A model generated the notes under the pieces. The model made no database searches. It worked only from the letters and a program-made list of their open reading frames with translations, and had not been told where the DNA came from. Positions 46,065 through 56,294 of a stretch of 59,219 nt of DNA are shown here, one piece after another. The position numbers and the translations under genes were made by a program. Source of the stretch: Gammaproteobacteria bacterium (GTDB lineage Bacteria > Pseudomonadota > Gammaproteobacteria > SZUA-140); NCBI GenBank assembly GCA_020845975.1, contig JADLET010000005.1, positions 1 to 59,219 on the forward strand, in the 5' to 3' direction. Within the stretch, counting starts at the first letter, position 1. The number at the start of each line of letters is the position of its first letter.

Positions 46065-46874
46065 TTATGCTCCGGCGTCGATGGCCCGCCGCATTCCGGT
46101 CAGCCGGTCGCCGATGACGGCGGCGATGTTCCGGGTATCCGCGCCGGCGTCCTCAATGATTTTCACCAGCGCGCTGCCGACCACCACGGCATCGGCCATC
46201 TTGGCGACGGCCGCCGCCGCGGTGGCGTCCCGAATGCCGAAGCCCACACCGATCGGCAGGTCCGTGCATCCACGTATCTCCGCCAGCTTGGACCGAACTG
46301 ATTCCAGATCCAGATGGGCGGCGCCGGTAACCCCTTTCAGCGACACATAATAGAGGAAACCCCGGGCCGACGCACTGATTGCGCGCAGGCGCTCAGGCGT
46401 GCTGGTCGGAGCAATCAGGAAGATCGGGTCCAGCCCCTGGGCCGTGAGTGCCGCGAGCAGATCACCGGCCTCTTCCGGCGGTATGTCCACGGTCAGCACG
46501 CCATCGACCCCGGCCTCCGCCGCAGCCCGCGCGAAGGTGGCATAGCCCATGGCCTCGACCGGATTCAGATAACCCATCAGCACCACCGGAGTCGCGGCAT
46601 CGTCGCGTCGGAACTCACGCACCATCTCGAGCACCCGGCGCAGACTGACATGATGGGCAAGCGCGCGTTCGCTCGCCCGCTGGATCACCGGGCCATCCGC
46701 CATGGGATCGGAAAACGGCACGCCCACTTCGATGACATCGGCGCCCGCCGCCGTCATGGCGTGCATCAGCGGCACGGTCAGTTCGGGGGCGGGATCACCC
46801 GCGGTCACATAGGGAATCAACGCCTTCTTCCCCTCAGCGCGCAGCCTTTTAAAACACTCCGCAAGCCGGCTCAT
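46065..46874 (-). CDS. trpA: Tryptophan synthase alpha chain
   Basis: 269 aa with [25 protein letters not shown] and GFGI. It overlaps trpB by 4 nt (ATGA). Confidence 0.95.
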   Translation of the reverse strand: MSRLAECFKRLRAEGKKALIPYVTAGDPAPELTVPLMHAMTAAGADVIEVGVPFSDPMADGPVIQRASERALAHHVSLRRVLEMVREFRRDDAATPVVLMGYLNPVEAMGYATFARAAAEAGVDGVLTVDIPPEEAGDLLAALTAQGLDPIFLIAPTSTPERLRAISASARGFLYYVSLKGVTGAAHLDLESVRSKLAEIRGCTDLPIGVGFGIRDATAAAAVAKMADAVVVGSALVKIIEDAGADTRNIAAVIGDRLTGMRRAIDAGA

Positions 46875-48094
46875 ACCTTGATCCCCTCGCGCGCCGCGAC
46901 TGTATGGATGTCCTTGTCGCCGCGACCGGACAGGCTGACGACGATGTTGCGATCCTTATCCATGGTCTGCGCCAGGCGCGCCGCGTAGGCCAGCGCGTGG
47001 CTGGATTCCAGCGCCGGGATGATACCTTCGATCCGAGTCAGTGCATGGAAGGCATCCAGCGCCTCGTCATCGGTGATGGATACGTAATTCGCCCGCCCGT
47101 TGTCCTTCAGCCAGGCGTGTTCGGGGCCTACGCCGGGATAATCCAGACCGGCCGAGATCGAATGGGTCTCGATGATCTGGCCGTCGTTATCCATCATGAG
47201 ATAAGTGCGGTTGCCGTGCAGAACGCCAGGCCGGCCGGCGCACAGCGGCGCCGCGTGATGCCCGGTGCGGATGCCGTCGCCGGCGGCCTCGACGCCATAG
47301 ATGGCGACCGCGCTGTCGCCCAGAAAGGGATAAAACAGGCCAATCGCGTTCGAGCCGCCGCCGACGCAGGCCACCAGCGCGTCCGGCAGGCGACCGGTCT
47401 GCGCGAGACACTGCGCGCGCGCCTCGCGCCCGATCACGGACTGGAAGTCGCGCACCATGACCGGATACGGATGCGGACCGGCCACGGTGCCGATGATGTA
47501 AAAGGTCGTATCGATGTTGGTGACCCAGTCGCGCATGGCCTCGTTCAACGCGTCCTTCAGCGTGCGCGAACCTGATTCGACCGGGATCACCTCGGCGCCC
47601 AGCAGGCGCATGCGATAGACGTTGATCGACTGCCGCTTGATATCCTCGGCGCCCATGTAGACCACGCACTCCATGCCGAAGCGCGCCGCCACCGTTGCAG
47701 TGGCGACACCGTGCGGGCCGGCGCCGGTCTCCGCGATAACGCGCTTCTTGCCCATGCGGCGCGCGAGCAGTGCCTGCCCGATGGTGTTGTTGATCTTGTG
47801 GGCGCCGGTGTGGTTCAGATCCTCGCGCTTGAGATGGATCTGGGCGCCGCCCAGCTCGCGGCTCCAGCGCTCGGCGTGGTAGAGCGGCGAAGGCCGGCCC
47901 ACGTAGTACTGCAGATCGCGATCGAACTCGGCGAGGAATTCGGGATCCTTGAGGTACTGTTCATAGGCCTGACGCAGCTCCTCGAGCGGCGCCATCAGGG
48001 TCTCCGCCACGAAGCGCCCACCATAGGGACCGAAATGTCCTGCCGCATCCGGCAGGCTGTTCCAGTCAGGCCTTGTCTTGACCGGTTCTACCAC
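46871..48094 (-). CDS. trpB: Tryptophan synthase beta chain
   Basis: 407 aa from the in-frame GTG at 48094 (SD GAGGTGG upstream), with [20 protein letters not shown] (PLP lysine) and GGGSNAIG. The 488-aa ORF extension overlaps trpF and is Arg/Gly-rich noise. Confidence 0.93.
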   Translation of the reverse strand: MVEPVKTRPDWNSLPDAAGHFGPYGGRFVAETLMAPLEELRQAYEQYLKDPEFLAEFDRDLQYYVGRPSPLYHAERWSRELGGAQIHLKREDLNHTGAHKINNTIGQALLARRMGKKRVIAETGAGPHGVATATVAARFGMECVVYMGAEDIKRQSINVYRMRLLGAEVIPVESGSRTLKDALNEAMRDWVTNIDTTFYIIGTVAGPHPYPVMVRDFQSVIGREARAQCLAQTGRLPDALVACVGGGSNAIGLFYPFLGDSAVAIYGVEAAGDGIRTGHHAAPLCAGRPGVLHGNRTYLMMDNDGQIIETHSISAGLDYPGVGPEHAWLKDNGRANYVSITDDEALDAFHALTRIEGIIPALESSHALAYAARLAQTMDKDRNIVVSLSGRGDKDIHTVAAREGIKV

Positions 48095-48105
48095 GAATAT
48101 CCACC

Positions 48106-48762
48106 TCAGGAAAAATGACCAGTATCGCGGTCGCCGGCCGCCACATCGGCGCGCCGTACCGCCTCGAAGAAGGCGGCCATGCGCGCCGCGTCCTTGATGC
48201 CCTGCGCCGCCTCGACGCCGCCGCTCACATCGACGCCGTAGGGCCGCACGCTGCGTATTGCATCCTGTACGTTCTCCGGCGTCAATCCCCCGGCGAGCAG
48301 TATGGGCGCGCCCGGATGCGCCGGGATCTCGCTCCACGGGAACGTCGTCCCGGTCCCGCCCGCCACCCCGGGACGATAGGTATCGAGCAGCAGCGCGCGG
48401 GCATCGTGATAGCGCCCCGCTTCCACCCGCACATCGGCGCCCGGTCGCATGCGGATCGCCTTAATGTAAGGCAGTCCGAAACGGCGGCAGTCGGCCGGGG
48501 ATTCATCGCCATGAAATTGCAGGATGTCGATGCGCACCCGCCCGAGCACGGACTCGATCTCCGCGGCGGCGGCATCGACGAACAGACCCACCGTCTGGAC
48601 AAAGAGCGGTAGTCCGGATGCGATATCGGCCGCCCGCGTGATCTCCACACGACGCGGGCTGTGTTCGTAAAACACCAGCCCGATCGCATCCGCGCCAAGC
48701 GTCGATGCCGCCGCCGCGTCCTCGGTCCGGGTAATGCCGCAAATCTTAACACGTGTGCGCAT
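48106..48762 (-). CDS. trpF: Phosphoribosylanthranilate isomerase
   Basis: 218 aa with VKICGIT at the N-terminus and LAGGL near the C-terminus. Confidence 0.93.
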   Translation of the reverse strand: MRTRVKICGITRTEDAAAASTLGADAIGLVFYEHSPRRVEITRAADIASGLPLFVQTVGLFVDAAAAEIESVLGRVRIDILQFHGDESPADCRRFGLPYIKAIRMRPGADVRVEAGRYHDARALLLDTYRPGVAGGTGTTFPWSEIPAHPGAPILLAGGLTPENVQDAIRSVRPYGVDVSGGVEAAQGIKDAARMAAFFEAVRRADVAAGDRDTGHFS

Positions 48763-48852
48763 AGGTTCGGCTACAAGATACTAGAGAAAGGATGCAAGGG
48801 GAAAGACAATTCCCTGATCCGTGGACGAATCCATCGACGATGCTCCGGAGCC

Positions 48853-49632
48853 TCACCACACCCCGGGCCGGTCCGGATCATACGGGATACCGTATGCCCC
48901 GGGATACTCGACACCCACGAAATAGAGTCCCGTGGGCACCGCATTCACTCCGCCCAGACGGCGATCCCGATGCTCCAGCACCTCACGCGACCAGTCCGTC
49001 TCCTGCTCACCCGCACCGATCGCGAGCAGCACACCGGCGATGTTGCGCACCATGTGATGAAGAAATGCGTCGGCAACGATGTCTATGACGACGAAATCCC
49101 CGCGCCGCTGCACATCCAGGCGCTGCACAGTGCGCACCGGGCTCTTGGCCTGGCAGGCATAGGCCCGATATGAAGAGAAATCGTGGCGGCCGACCAGATG
49201 GACGGCGGCCGCGCTCATTCGGGCCGCGTCGAGCGGGCGATATTCCCACGAAACCGCGTCCGCAGGCAGTGCCGGGCGCACGGGCGTGTTGTAGATCACG
49301 TAGCGGTAATGGCGCCGCAGGGCAGAGAAACGCGCGTGAAAATCCTCCGCCACCGGCCGCGCCCAGCGCACACTGATATCGGGCGGCAGATGGGTGTTGG
49401 CGCCAAACACCCAGGAGCGATCGCGGCGCTGCGCCGTGGTATCAAAATGCGCGACCTGCCCCAGTGCATGCACCCCGGTGTCGGTGCGCCCCGCGCAGGC
49501 CACGCGGACCGGGTGATCAGCGACCCTGGCAAGCGCCTCTTCGAGGCAGCCCTGAACGGTGCGCACGCCCTGTTGCAGCTGCCAGCCGCAGAAGCGCGTC
49601 CCCGCGTACTCTATCCCCAGGGCAACACGCAT
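48853..49632 (-). CDS. truA: tRNA pseudouridine(38-40) synthase
   Basis: 259 aa with MRVALGIEYAGTRFCGWQ, the catalytic GRTDTGVHA and HHMVRNI. Confidence 0.93.
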   Translation of the reverse strand: MRVALGIEYAGTRFCGWQLQQGVRTVQGCLEEALARVADHPVRVACAGRTDTGVHALGQVAHFDTTAQRRDRSWVFGANTHLPPDISVRWARPVAEDFHARFSALRRHYRYVIYNTPVRPALPADAVSWEYRPLDAARMSAAAVHLVGRHDFSSYRAYACQAKSPVRTVQRLDVQRRGDFVVIDIVADAFLHHMVRNIAGVLLAIGAGEQETDWSREVLEHRDRRLGGVNAVPTGLYFVGVEYPGAYGIPYDPDRPGVW

Positions 49633-49700
49633 CAGCGGACGCTTCCAAAGGATGCGCCGGTGACGGACACAGCGGGGAGGCGAAGCCTCCTGTCATTCTC

Positions 49701-49706
49701 TATAAT
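49701..49706 (+). promoter_or_regulatory. Candidate -10 element for the carbonic anhydrase gene
   Basis: A perfect TATAAT lies 34 nt upstream of ATG 49740. There is no convincing -35. Confidence 0.3.
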
Positions 49707-49739
49707 CATGATTCATCAACCGCCGGAGCACGGATTACC

Positions 49740-50333
49740 ATGCACCCACTGCAAGACCTGTTCAACAACAATCTACGCTGGGCGCAGCGCATGACGGGCG
49801 TCGATCCCGATTTCTTCAGGCACCTGACCGAACAGCAGACGCCCGAATACCTGTGGATCGGCTGCTCCGACAGCCGCGTGCCCGCCAACGAGATCGTCGG
49901 CCTGCCGCCGGGTGAACTGTTCGTCCACCGCAACGTGGCCAATATTGTAATCCACACCGACATCAATTGCCTTTCGGTCCTGCAGTACGCGGTGGACATA
50001 CTCGGCGTGAAACACATCATCGTGTGCGGGCATTATGGCTGCGGCGGGGTCAAGGCGGCGCTGGAGGACAAGGCACATGGCCTGATCGACAACTGGATCC
50101 ACAATGTGCGCGAGATCTATGAACTGCATCGCGAACGTCTCGACGCGGAGACGGACAGCGCGCGCCGGCTCGCACAGATGTGCGAACTGAACGTGATGGA
50201 ACAGGCGAAGAAGGTCTATCGCACGACGATCGTACAGCAGGCGCTGCAGCGCGGCCATCCCCTGACGATCCACGGCCTGATCTACGACATCGCGGACGGA
50301 ATCCTCAAGGATCTCAACGTACGCTTTCCCTGA
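49740..50333 (+). CDS. can: Beta-class carbonic anhydrase
   Basis: 197 aa from ATG 49740 with the zinc ligands CSDSR...HYGCGG, and EYLWIGCSDSRVP and VCGHYGCGGV. Confidence 0.9.
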   Translation: MHPLQDLFNNNLRWAQRMTGVDPDFFRHLTEQQTPEYLWIGCSDSRVPANEIVGLPPGELFVHRNVANIVIHTDINCLSVLQYAVDILGVKHIIVCGHYGCGGVKAALEDKAHGLIDNWIHNVREIYELHRERLDAETDSARRLAQMCELNVMEQAKKVYRTTIVQQALQRGHPLTIHGLIYDIADGILKDLNVRFP

Positions 50334-50357
50334 CGCCCCGGCGCCGGCACGCGGGGC

Positions 50358-51998
50358 TTATTTCAGAGACTTGTAGTGGTTGATCAGTCCGCGGGTGGAG
50401 GAATCGTGGGTCTGCACGGGAGCCGTGCCGCCGAGCTCCGGCAATATCGACGACGCGAGCTGCTTGCCGAGTTCCACGCCCCACTGATCGAAGGAATTGA
50501 TGTTCCAGATCACGCCCTGCGTGAAGATCTTGTGCTCATACATCGCGAGCAGCATGCCCAGCGTGTAAGGCGTGAGGCTGCGAAACAGGATTGAGTTGGT
50601 CGGCCTGTTTCCCTCGAACACCTTGTGCGGAATCAGGCGCTCGGCCGACTCGCCGCGGATGCCCGCCGCTTCCAGCTCGCGCCGCACCTCGTCCGCTGTC
50701 TTGCCGCGCATCAGCGCCTCTGTCTGGGCAAAGAAGTTCGATAACAGGATCCTGTGGTGCTCGCCGACCGGATTGTGCGAACGCGCCGGAGCGATGAAAT
50801 CCGCAGGCACGCGCGCGGTGCCCTGGTGGATCAGCTGATAGAACGCGTGCTGGCCATTGGTCCCCGGCTCGCCCCAGATAACCGGCCCGGTCGCATAGTC
50901 GACCGTTGAGCCGCCGCGATCCACGTGCTTCCCGTTGCTTTCCATGTCGGCCTGCTGCAGATAGGCTGGCAAGCGCTCCAGGTACTGATCGTAGGGAAGA
51001 ATGGCGTGGCTGCGGACGCCGAAGAAATTGTTGTACCAGACCCCGAGCAGACCGAGGACGGCAGGGATATTGTCTTCGAGAGGCGCCGTGCGGAAATGCT
51101 CGTCCATGGCGTGGGCGCCTTCCAGCAGCAGGTCGAAGTTGTCCATGCCGATCGCGATTGCAATGGACAGTCCGATTGCGCTCCACAGCGAGTAACGCCC
51201 GCCGACCCAGTCCCAGAATTCGAACATATTGGCGGGATCGATGCCGAAGGCGGCGACCTCGCGGGCATTGGTCGAGAGAGCAACGAAGTGCTTCGCGATG
51301 GCGCTCTCGTCGCCGCTCGACTGCACGAACCAGTCGCGCGCGGTGCGCGCGTTGGCGAGCGTTTCCTGGGTGGTGAAGGTCTTCGATGAGATGATGAACA
51401 GCGTCTGCTCCGGAGGCTTCTGCTTCAGCGTCTCGATGATATTCGTGCCATCGACATTGGAGACGAAATGGACGCGCAGCCCGGTGCGCACGTAGGGCTT
51501 GAGCGCGCGGACCACCATCGCCGGGCCGAGATCGGACCCGCCGATGCCGATGTTGACGATGTCGGTGATCTTCTTGCCGGTGTAGCCCTTCCAGTCGCCG
51601 TTGCGCACGGCGTTGCTGAAGCCGCGCATCCTGGCCAGCACCGAGTGGATGCGCGGCATGACGTCGACGCCGTCGACCAGAACGGGGCGGCTGGAACGAT
51701 TACGCAGCGCCGTGTGCAGAACCGCGCGATTCTCCGTGAAGTTGATCTTCTCTCCGCCGAACATGCGCCCGATCTGTTCCGGCAGGCCGGCCTGCCGCGC
51801 CAGCGCGGTGAGCAGGCGCATGGACTCCGAGGTAATGTGATTCTTGGAGTAGTCGACCAGAAAATCACCGAGACGGAGCGAGAACGTCTCGAACCGTTTC
51901 GGATCGGCGCTGAACAGATCGCGCATCGGCAGGTCCTTGACCTGCCCGTAATGCGCCTCCAGGGCGCGCCAGGCGGAAGATTGCGTCAGTCCTGACAT
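50358..51998 (-). CDS. pgi: Glucose-6-phosphate isomerase
   Basis: 546 aa from ATG 51998 ([16 protein letters not shown]...), with [21 protein letters not shown] and [11 protein letters not shown]. Confidence 0.95.
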   Translation of the reverse strand: MSGLTQSSAWRALEAHYGQVKDLPMRDLFSADPKRFETFSLRLGDFLVDYSKNHITSESMRLLTALARQAGLPEQIGRMFGGEKINFTENRAVLHTALRNRSSRPVLVDGVDVMPRIHSVLARMRGFSNAVRNGDWKGYTGKKITDIVNIGIGGSDLGPAMVVRALKPYVRTGLRVHFVSNVDGTNIIETLKQKPPEQTLFIISSKTFTTQETLANARTARDWFVQSSGDESAIAKHFVALSTNAREVAAFGIDPANMFEFWDWVGGRYSLWSAIGLSIAIAIGMDNFDLLLEGAHAMDEHFRTAPLEDNIPAVLGLLGVWYNNFFGVRSHAILPYDQYLERLPAYLQQADMESNGKHVDRGGSTVDYATGPVIWGEPGTNGQHAFYQLIHQGTARVPADFIAPARSHNPVGEHHRILLSNFFAQTEALMRGKTADEVRRELEAAGIRGESAERLIPHKVFEGNRPTNSILFRSLTPYTLGMLLAMYEHKIFTQGVIWNINSFDQWGVELGKQLASSILPELGGTAPVQTHDSSTRGLINHYKSLK

Positions 51999-52008
51999 GG
52001 CATGGATC

Positions 52009-53511
52009 CTAATAGGCCTCGGAACCGACGTCACCGCCATCGAGGGAGAGCTTGTGGCGCCAGAACTGGTCGTCACGGTCAAACAGCCGGTAAGTACCGC
52101 GCGGACCCCAGGTGCCGGCGGCATAGGTGTTAATGAAGTCGCGCTCCATGGACCACACCTTGAGAATCGGATCCACCACGCGCCAGGCCCATTCAACCTC
52201 GTCGTAGCGCAGAAACAGCGAATGGTCGCCCTTCATGGTGTCGAGCAGAAGTTCCTCGTAGGCATCCGATTCCTTGTCGTCCTTGGAGCGGTAGGACGCA
52301 TCAAGACTGATGGTGCGTGTGCGCATCTCCAGGCCATGCACCTTCACCTGAATCTCCATCTTCAGGCACTCATTCGGCTGTATGCCCATCAGCAGCCAGT
52401 TCGGATTGATGCGCTCCAGATGGGTGTTGCGGAACAGATGGTGCGGCGGTTCCTTGAAGCGGATCGTGATGGCTGAACTCGCCTCGGCCATGCGCTTGCC
52501 CGTGCGCAGATAGAACGGCACGCCGCGCCAGCGCCAGTTGTCGACATACAGCTTGAGGGCGGCATATGTCTCGGTGGTGCTGCCCGGATCGACGCCCTCT
52601 TCCTCCAGATAGCCCAGCGCCGCCTTGCCGCCGACGGTCCCCTGCGAGTACTGGCCACGGAAGGCGTGCGCGTGCACCGCGTTCTGGGTGATCGGCCGGA
52701 TCGATTTCAGCACCTTGACCTTCTCATCGCGCAGCGACTCGGCATCCATCATCGCCGGCGGCTCCATCGCCACCAGCGCGAGCAGTTGCATCAGGTGGCT
52801 CTGCAGCATATCGCGCAGCGCGCCGGCACCCTCGTAGTACCCGGCCCGTCCTTCGAGGCCGCGCATCTCGGAATGGGTGATCTGCACGTGGTCGACATAG
52901 TCGCGGTTCCACAACGGCTCCAGCAGCAGGTTCGCGAAACGGAACACCAGGATATTCTGCACCGTGCCCTTGCCAAGGTAATGATCGATGCGGAAGATCT
53001 GTTTCTCGCTCAGGTGACGCGAAATTCCCTGCTGCAGCGCCTGCGCGCTGAGCAGGTCGTAACCGAACGGCTTTTCGATCACCACTCGGCGCCAGCCGGT
53101 GCTCTGCTTGAGCAATCCGACTGCGCTCAGATGTTCAATCGCCGGACCAAAGTCCGCCGGCGGAATCGCCATGTAAAAGACCACATTGGGAGAGAACAGG
53201 CCGTAGTTGGCAAGCGTCTCGCTGAGGCGGACATAAGCCTGGGAGTCGTCGAAATTACCCTGCGCGTAGTGCAGCCTGGCGCGGAAGCGCTCGAAGGCGA
53301 CCGGATCATAACCTCGCGGATATTTCTCCGCGAGCATTGCGGCGACCTCCTCGATCCAGCGATCGTTGTTCCACTCGCGGCGCGCGAAGGCGACGATCGT
53401 CAGATTCTCAGGCAGCCGCCCCTCGACCTCGAGCGAGAACAGGGCAGGGATAAGTTTGATGCGCGTCAGGTTTCCGGTCGCACCGAAGATAACGAGCGAA
53501 CACTGGTCCAT
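52009..53511 (-). CDS. zwf: Glucose-6-phosphate 1-dehydrogenase
   Basis: 500 aa from ATG 53511, with [16 protein letters not shown] and EKPFG. Confidence 0.95.
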   Translation of the reverse strand: MDQCSLVIFGATGNLTRIKLIPALFSLEVEGRLPENLTIVAFARREWNNDRWIEEVAAMLAEKYPRGYDPVAFERFRARLHYAQGNFDDSQAYVRLSETLANYGLFSPNVVFYMAIPPADFGPAIEHLSAVGLLKQSTGWRRVVIEKPFGYDLLSAQALQQGISRHLSEKQIFRIDHYLGKGTVQNILVFRFANLLLEPLWNRDYVDHVQITHSEMRGLEGRAGYYEGAGALRDMLQSHLMQLLALVAMEPPAMMDAESLRDEKVKVLKSIRPITQNAVHAHAFRGQYSQGTVGGKAALGYLEEEGVDPGSTTETYAALKLYVDNWRWRGVPFYLRTGKRMAEASSAITIRFKEPPHHLFRNTHLERINPNWLLMGIQPNECLKMEIQVKVHGLEMRTRTISLDASYRSKDDKESDAYEELLLDTMKGDHSLFLRYDEVEWAWRVVDPILKVWSMERDFINTYAAGTWGPRGTYRLFDRDDQFWRHKLSLDGGDVGSEAY

Positions 53512-53515
53512 GGAA

Positions 53516-54439
53516 TCAGTTTCCGTCCTTGTCCCGCGCGGTGATCGCATGACCGCCGAAGGCGTTACGCATCACGGCGAGCATCTTGTTGACATAATCG
53601 CCGCCGTGCTGGCTGGCGAATCGCATGTGCAAGGCCAGAGTGATCACCGGCGCCGGCACACCCTGGCTGATCGCCTCGGCGACCGTCCAGCGTCCCTCGC
53701 CCGAATCCGCCACCACCGGCGCAACCGTATCGAAATCCTGATCGCCGGCAAGCGCGTCGGCGGTCAGATCGAGCAGCCAGCTGCGCACCACTGAACTGTG
53801 GCGCCAGAGCTCGGAGATCTGCGCGAGATCAAGGGCGAATTCCTTCTTGCCGCGCAACAGGGCGAATCCTTCCGCATAGGCCTGCATCATGCCGTATTCG
53901 ATCCCGTTGTGGATCATCTTGGTGAAATGCCCCGAACCGCGCGGGCCGACATGGGCCCAGCCGCGGTCCGGAGCAGGCGCGAGTGCCTTCAGGATCGGCT
54001 CAATCTGCTTGACGTGCTCCCTCTCGCCGCCCGCCATCAGGCAGTAGCCGTTCTCGAGACCCCAAACACCGCCCGATGTGCCGACATCGACCATGCCGAT
54101 GCCGGACTGGGCCAGCATGGCCCCGCGACGTTGTGTATCCTTGTAGCTCGAGTTACCGCCGTCCACCACGATGTCGCCGGGCGAAAGGCGGCGCTCCAGT
54201 TCCTTCATGGCTTTTTCGGTGGCGTCGCCGCTCGGCACCATGACCCAGACAACGCAGGGAGAATCAAGCCGCTTGATCAGCCCGCCGATGTTAGGCGCGC
54301 CGATCATGCCGACCTCGTCCACCAGCGCCCGCCGCTCATCCTCGCTGGGACTGTAACCGACGACCTCAAAATCGGCTCGACGCAAGCGGCGCACCATGTT
54401 GCCACCCATCTTGCCCAGCCCAATCATGCCAAGTTTCAT
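53516..54439 (-). CDS. gnd: 6-phosphogluconate dehydrogenase, short (about 300 aa) decarboxylating form
   Basis: 307 aa with [25 protein letters not shown] and [13 protein letters not shown]. It lies 4 nt upstream of zwf. Confidence 0.85.
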   Translation of the reverse strand: MKLGMIGLGKMGGNMVRRLRRADFEVVGYSPSEDERRALVDEVGMIGAPNIGGLIKRLDSPCVVWVMVPSGDATEKAMKELERRLSPGDIVVDGGNSSYKDTQRRGAMLAQSGIGMVDVGTSGGVWGLENGYCLMAGGEREHVKQIEPILKALAPAPDRGWAHVGPRGSGHFTKMIHNGIEYGMMQAYAEGFALLRGKKEFALDLAQISELWRHSSVVRSWLLDLTADALAGDQDFDTVAPVVADSGEGRWTVAEAISQGVPAPVITLALHMRFASQHGGDYVNKMLAVMRNAFGGHAITARDKDGN

Positions 54440-54735
54440 CGTCCGGCTTCCTCTATAATGTTCGCGGCAGATATCCGCGGCGAGAATTGAACTCTAAATT
54501 GAGATATGGGATAACTGACCCTGGATTCACAACGCCCTGTCGCCTTCTTTCATGCCCGGCAATGTGCCCGTATGGTACCTTTTGTGCAGGGAGAAGATAA
54601 ACCGTCCCTGGAGATATCGACTCGCCCTGCAATTAATTAAGCAGGATGTATCAATGCCGGGAACAACCTGCGCACGGACCGCTGCCAATAACGACAAATA
54701 ATCATGCGAAGACAGAAATCCTCCCACCATCGACC

Positions 54736-56214
54736 ATGAGCGTCAATAAGATCCTGTTCGTAACCAGCGAGATACACCCCCTGATCAAGACCGGAGGTCT
54801 GGCCGATGTCTCGGCCAGCCTGCCAAAAGCGATCAAGGCGCTGCGGCGCGACATCCGCATCCTGCTCCCCGCCTACCGCAGCGTGCTGGCGTCCATCGGT
54901 CCCGTCCAGGAGATCGCCACGTTCACCTGCCCTCCCGCAAGTGAGCCGGTGCGCCTGCTCGAAACCCATCTGCCGGGAACATCCATCAAGATCTGGCTGG
55001 TCCATTCGCCGGCCCACTTCGACCGGGACGGCGGGCCCTATCTCGGACCCGACGGCCACGACTGGCCGGACAATGCCGAACGTTTCACGGTGTTCTCACG
55101 GGTGGCGGAAACCCTCGGCATGGACCAGGCCGGTCTGTCATGGCGCCCCGAGCTGGTGCACTGTAATGACTGGCAGGGCGGACTCGCCGTCGCCTTGCTG
55201 TCGCGCCATGCGGTGCGCCCCGCCACCCTGTTCACGATCCACAACCTCGCCTATCAGGGACTGTTTCCCGCCGAGACATTCCACCGGCTGGAACTGCCCC
55301 CCGATCTGTGGTCGATGCACGGGCTCGAATACTACGGACAGATATCCTTCATCAAAGGCGGCATCGCCTACGCCGACATGATCAGCACGGTAAGTCCACA
55401 ATATGCGCAGGAGATTTGCACCCCGGAATTCGGCTGCGGTCTCGAGAACCTGTTACGCCACCGTTCCGACCGGCTCGTCGGTATTCTCAACGGCGCCGAC
55501 TACAAGGAGTGGAATCCGGCCAAAGACCCGCTGATTCATCAGAGATACAACGCCTTCAGCCTGCACAAGAAACCGGCCAACAAGACGGCCCTGCAGCAAC
55601 ACTTCGGACTGACGGTCGACGACACGGTTCCGCTTGTTGGAATGATCGGTCGGCTGGCCGAGCAGAAAGGCTTCGATTTAATGCTTGATGCCCTCCCCCA
55701 GCTCCTGCGCCAGCCGGTGCAGCTGATCGTTCTCGGCAGCGGCAGCCGGCAGCTCGAAGAGCAGCTGCGCCAGGCCGTCGCCACCTATCCCGGCCGGGTG
55801 GCGGCCCATTTCGGCTACAGCGAAGCGCTCGCGCACCAGATCGAGGCGGGCGCCGACATCTTCCTGATGCCATCCCGCTACGAGCCCTGCGGACTTAATC
55901 AGATCTACAGCCTGCGCTACGGCACGGTCCCCGTGGTGCATCGCACTGGCGGCCTGGCCAATACCGTGGTCGACGCCACCGATGAAACCCTGCGGCGCGG
56001 GTCGGCCACCGGCTTCATCTTCGACGAACCGACCCCCGCCGCCCTGCTCGCCGCGCTCGACCGGGCGCTGGCCTGCCACCGACAGCCACGCGCATGGAAA
56101 CGCCTGGCCTATGTCGGCATGCAGCAGGAGTTCGGCTGGCGCCAGAGCGCGCATCAGTACGCTGAGCTCTATCAGCGCACCGCGGCGCTCGCCACCGCGC
56201 GCAAGCCCGGTTGA
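54736..56214 (+). CDS. glgA: Glycogen synthase (ADP-glucose type, GT5)
   Basis: 492 aa from ATG 54736 (MSVNKILFVTSEIHPLIKTGGLADV, canonical KTGGL motif), with PSRYEPCGL and TGGLANTV. Confidence 0.95.
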   Translation: MSVNKILFVTSEIHPLIKTGGLADVSASLPKAIKALRRDIRILLPAYRSVLASIGPVQEIATFTCPPASEPVRLLETHLPGTSIKIWLVHSPAHFDRDGGPYLGPDGHDWPDNAERFTVFSRVAETLGMDQAGLSWRPELVHCNDWQGGLAVALLSRHAVRPATLFTIHNLAYQGLFPAETFHRLELPPDLWSMHGLEYYGQISFIKGGIAYADMISTVSPQYAQEICTPEFGCGLENLLRHRSDRLVGILNGADYKEWNPAKDPLIHQRYNAFSLHKKPANKTALQQHFGLTVDDTVPLVGMIGRLAEQKGFDLMLDALPQLLRQPVQLIVLGSGSRQLEEQLRQAVATYPGRVAAHFGYSEALAHQIEAGADIFLMPSRYEPCGLNQIYSLRYGTVPVVHRTGGLANTVVDATDETLRRGSATGFIFDEPTPAALLAALDRALACHRQPRAWKRLAYVGMQQEFGWRQSAHQYAELYQRTAALATARKPG

Positions 56215-56219
56215 TCGGC

Positions 56220-56225
56220 TATAAT
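56220..56225 (+). promoter_or_regulatory. Candidate -10 element for ppc
   Basis: A perfect TATAAT lies 6 nt after the glgA TGA and 70 nt before the preferred ppc ATG. There is no clear -35. Confidence 0.3.
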
Positions 56226-56294
56226 GCGCCCTGCCTTATGAACAAGACCGCCACAGAAAAACACGCCGCGCGCCTTACCCGCAAGGACGCAACC

